Shown here: positions 62,396 through 64,000 of the stretch, piece by piece
Numbering within the stretch: position 1 is the first letter of the stretch
Layout: each line of letters opens with the position of its first letter
NCBI RefSeq assembly: GCF_018350175.1
Contig: NC_058368.1
Span: 32,552,001-32,616,000 of the forward strand
Source: Felis catus
Lineage: Eukaryota
Direction: 5' to 3'
Length of the DNA stretch: 64,000 bases
The notes under the pieces: generated by a model
What the model saw: only the letters and a program-made list of their open reading frames with translations
What the model was told of the DNA's origin: nothing
Database searches by the model: none
Position numbers and translations under genes: made by a program

Positions 62396-63181
62396 GAAAC
62401 AGACTACAAAGAGTTTATTGACATGATATATTGCACTTTGCAACTAATCTTCAAAAAATAAAAAGGGGAACACCTGAGTGGCTTAGTTGTTTAAGTATCA
62501 GACTCACGATCTCTGCTCAGGTCACGATCGCAGGGTTCATGGGATCGAGGCTCGCTTTGGACTCTGTGCTGACAGCACAGAGCCTTCTTGGGATTCTCTC
62601 TCTCCCTCTCTCTCAGCCCTTCCCCAGCTTACATGCTCTCTCTCTCAAAATAAATAAATAAATAAACACATAAATAAACACATAAATAAATAAATAAATA
62701 AATAAGCTGCTTGTCTAATTTTTATGTATTAACAGGGAAAAATACCACCCCATTGCAGTGGGTGTATTAACAAAGAATATCCATAATTGGCTGAAAAGCC
62801 TATTGGAATACTGTTGTCCTTTCTGTAAAGGGCCACTTTTCCTCCCATACTTCAGCCAAAACTTGATATTTCAACAGACTGAATACAGAGGCAGAAAGAA
62901 GAGTTTAGATCTCTTCTATCAAGCCAGACATAAGAAAAAAAAAAGGAAAAATATAAAACAATTCCATTCATCACTATTCTGGGGGAAATTATATTTTTAA
63001 GATTTCAGATTTGTCAGTATAATGGGCTTAATTTTTAGTGAGTTCATTAAAAATATTTTAAAATATATTTTAATTCTAATATGGTAGATATTAATACCTA
63101 TAAACCAAATAGAATGTCTTTAAGTTTCACAGTACTTAAATAAGTTAAATATTACTATCATTAAGATATTGAGAATTGCTG
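62396..63181 (+). mobile_element. Charlie1-like hAT transposon, 3' part (contains a SINE)
   Basis: ttgcaactaatctt...; aacagactgaatacagaggcaga...cttctatcaagccagacat; terminal ttgagaattgctg. Confidence 0.75.
62465..62704 (+). mobile_element. Older Can-SINE
   Basis: Head, CT linker, (TAAA)n tail. Confidence 0.92.
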
Positions 63182-63189
63182 ATCTATTT

Positions 63190-63413
63190 CTTTTTTAAAA
63201 AATTTTTATAATGTTTATTATTTATTTGTGAGAGGGAAAGAAACAGCACAAGTTGGGGAGGGTGAAAGAGAGAGGGAGACACAGAATCTGAAGCAGGCTC
63301 CAGGCTCTGTGCTGTCAGCACAGAGCTCGACACAGGGCTTAAACTCACAAGCCATGAGACCATGACCTGAGCCGAAGTTGGATGTCCAACCGGCTGAGCT
63401 ACCCAGGCACCCC
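63190..63413 (-). mobile_element. Can-SINE
   Basis: TSD tgctgat(c/t)tattt at 63177-63189 and 63414-63426. Confidence 0.96.
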
Positions 63414-64000
63414 TGCTGATTTATTTAATTTCCTTATACTTATTACAATTTTTACTCATTTGAAGCAAGCAGATGACAATTTTATGTAGCTACTTTTGTT
63501 GTTAATGTAAATGTATTAAATAGGTTAAATTAAATTTTTTTGTGTAAAAACTGTGTGCACCCCAATATTTGAAGATATTTGCCCCCATTTTTAAAGTCAG
63601 TGATTCAACACAAAGGCTGAAAACTATGTGAGACAGAAATGTTTATGTAATTTCTCCTTTGAGCTGCTCTAGTGGCTTCTTGTCATTTAGGATGAATGCA
63701 TGAGATAAAGGGTGCGGTGAGAGGGTTGTATAAGGGATAATATCCATTCATACCTACCCTGAAAAACTCAAGATTCTGCATGGATTTGAGCTGTTACTTA
63801 CAGAGATCTCTACATGACATCCAACTATGCCACTGTCTGTTTCTGAGATTTATGTTAAAGCATCATATAGGGAAATCCACTCACAGAAAAATGCTTAGGG
63901 GCCTGCCCAAATCCCTATACCTCTTAAAAGATCTGGCAGTAGAATATGGAACCAGGATTCTATTTGCATTCCCAGGAGCATTGCAATTTATCACTCTGCT

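Noticed and set aside
1476..62661. Recurring ORFs of the type AQSVKRPTSAQVMISRFVSSSPASGSVLTAQSLEPASDS that look like a dispersed peptide family
   Set aside because: All are translations of Can-SINE bodies; the similarity comes from the repeat.

Overview
AT-rich, gene-free mammalian DNA from a felid/feliform carnivore, inferred from about 27 tRNA-derived Can-SINEs (SINEC_Fc-type), many with readable target-site duplications (TSDs), plus carnivore L1 3' ends. The rest is a layered fossil record of older repeats (L1M/L1MC/L1ME, L2, L3/CR1, MIR, MaLR, ERVL, ERV1, hAT elements) separated by unique stretches. I find no protein-coding gene, RNA gene or CRISPR array. The supplied ORFs I could assign are SINE read-through, microsatellites or decayed L1 ORF1/ORF2, and the rest resemble no family I recognise. 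I cannot support a new biological system here. Best leads: (1) a four-level nest, L1MC > ERV1-type LTR > Can-SINE > 452-bp LTR with a perfect 6-bp TSD (class II/ERVK-like); (2) a CpG-rich patch with a CTCF-like motif inside an old MaLR internal sequence; (3) a dense E-box+SOX motif cluster; (4) an unassigned CpG-retaining segment near 23.4-23.9 kb; (5) several tandem duplications, including a perfect 140-bp one. Subfamily names come from remembered consensus sequences, not from a search, and boundaries without TSDs are approximate.
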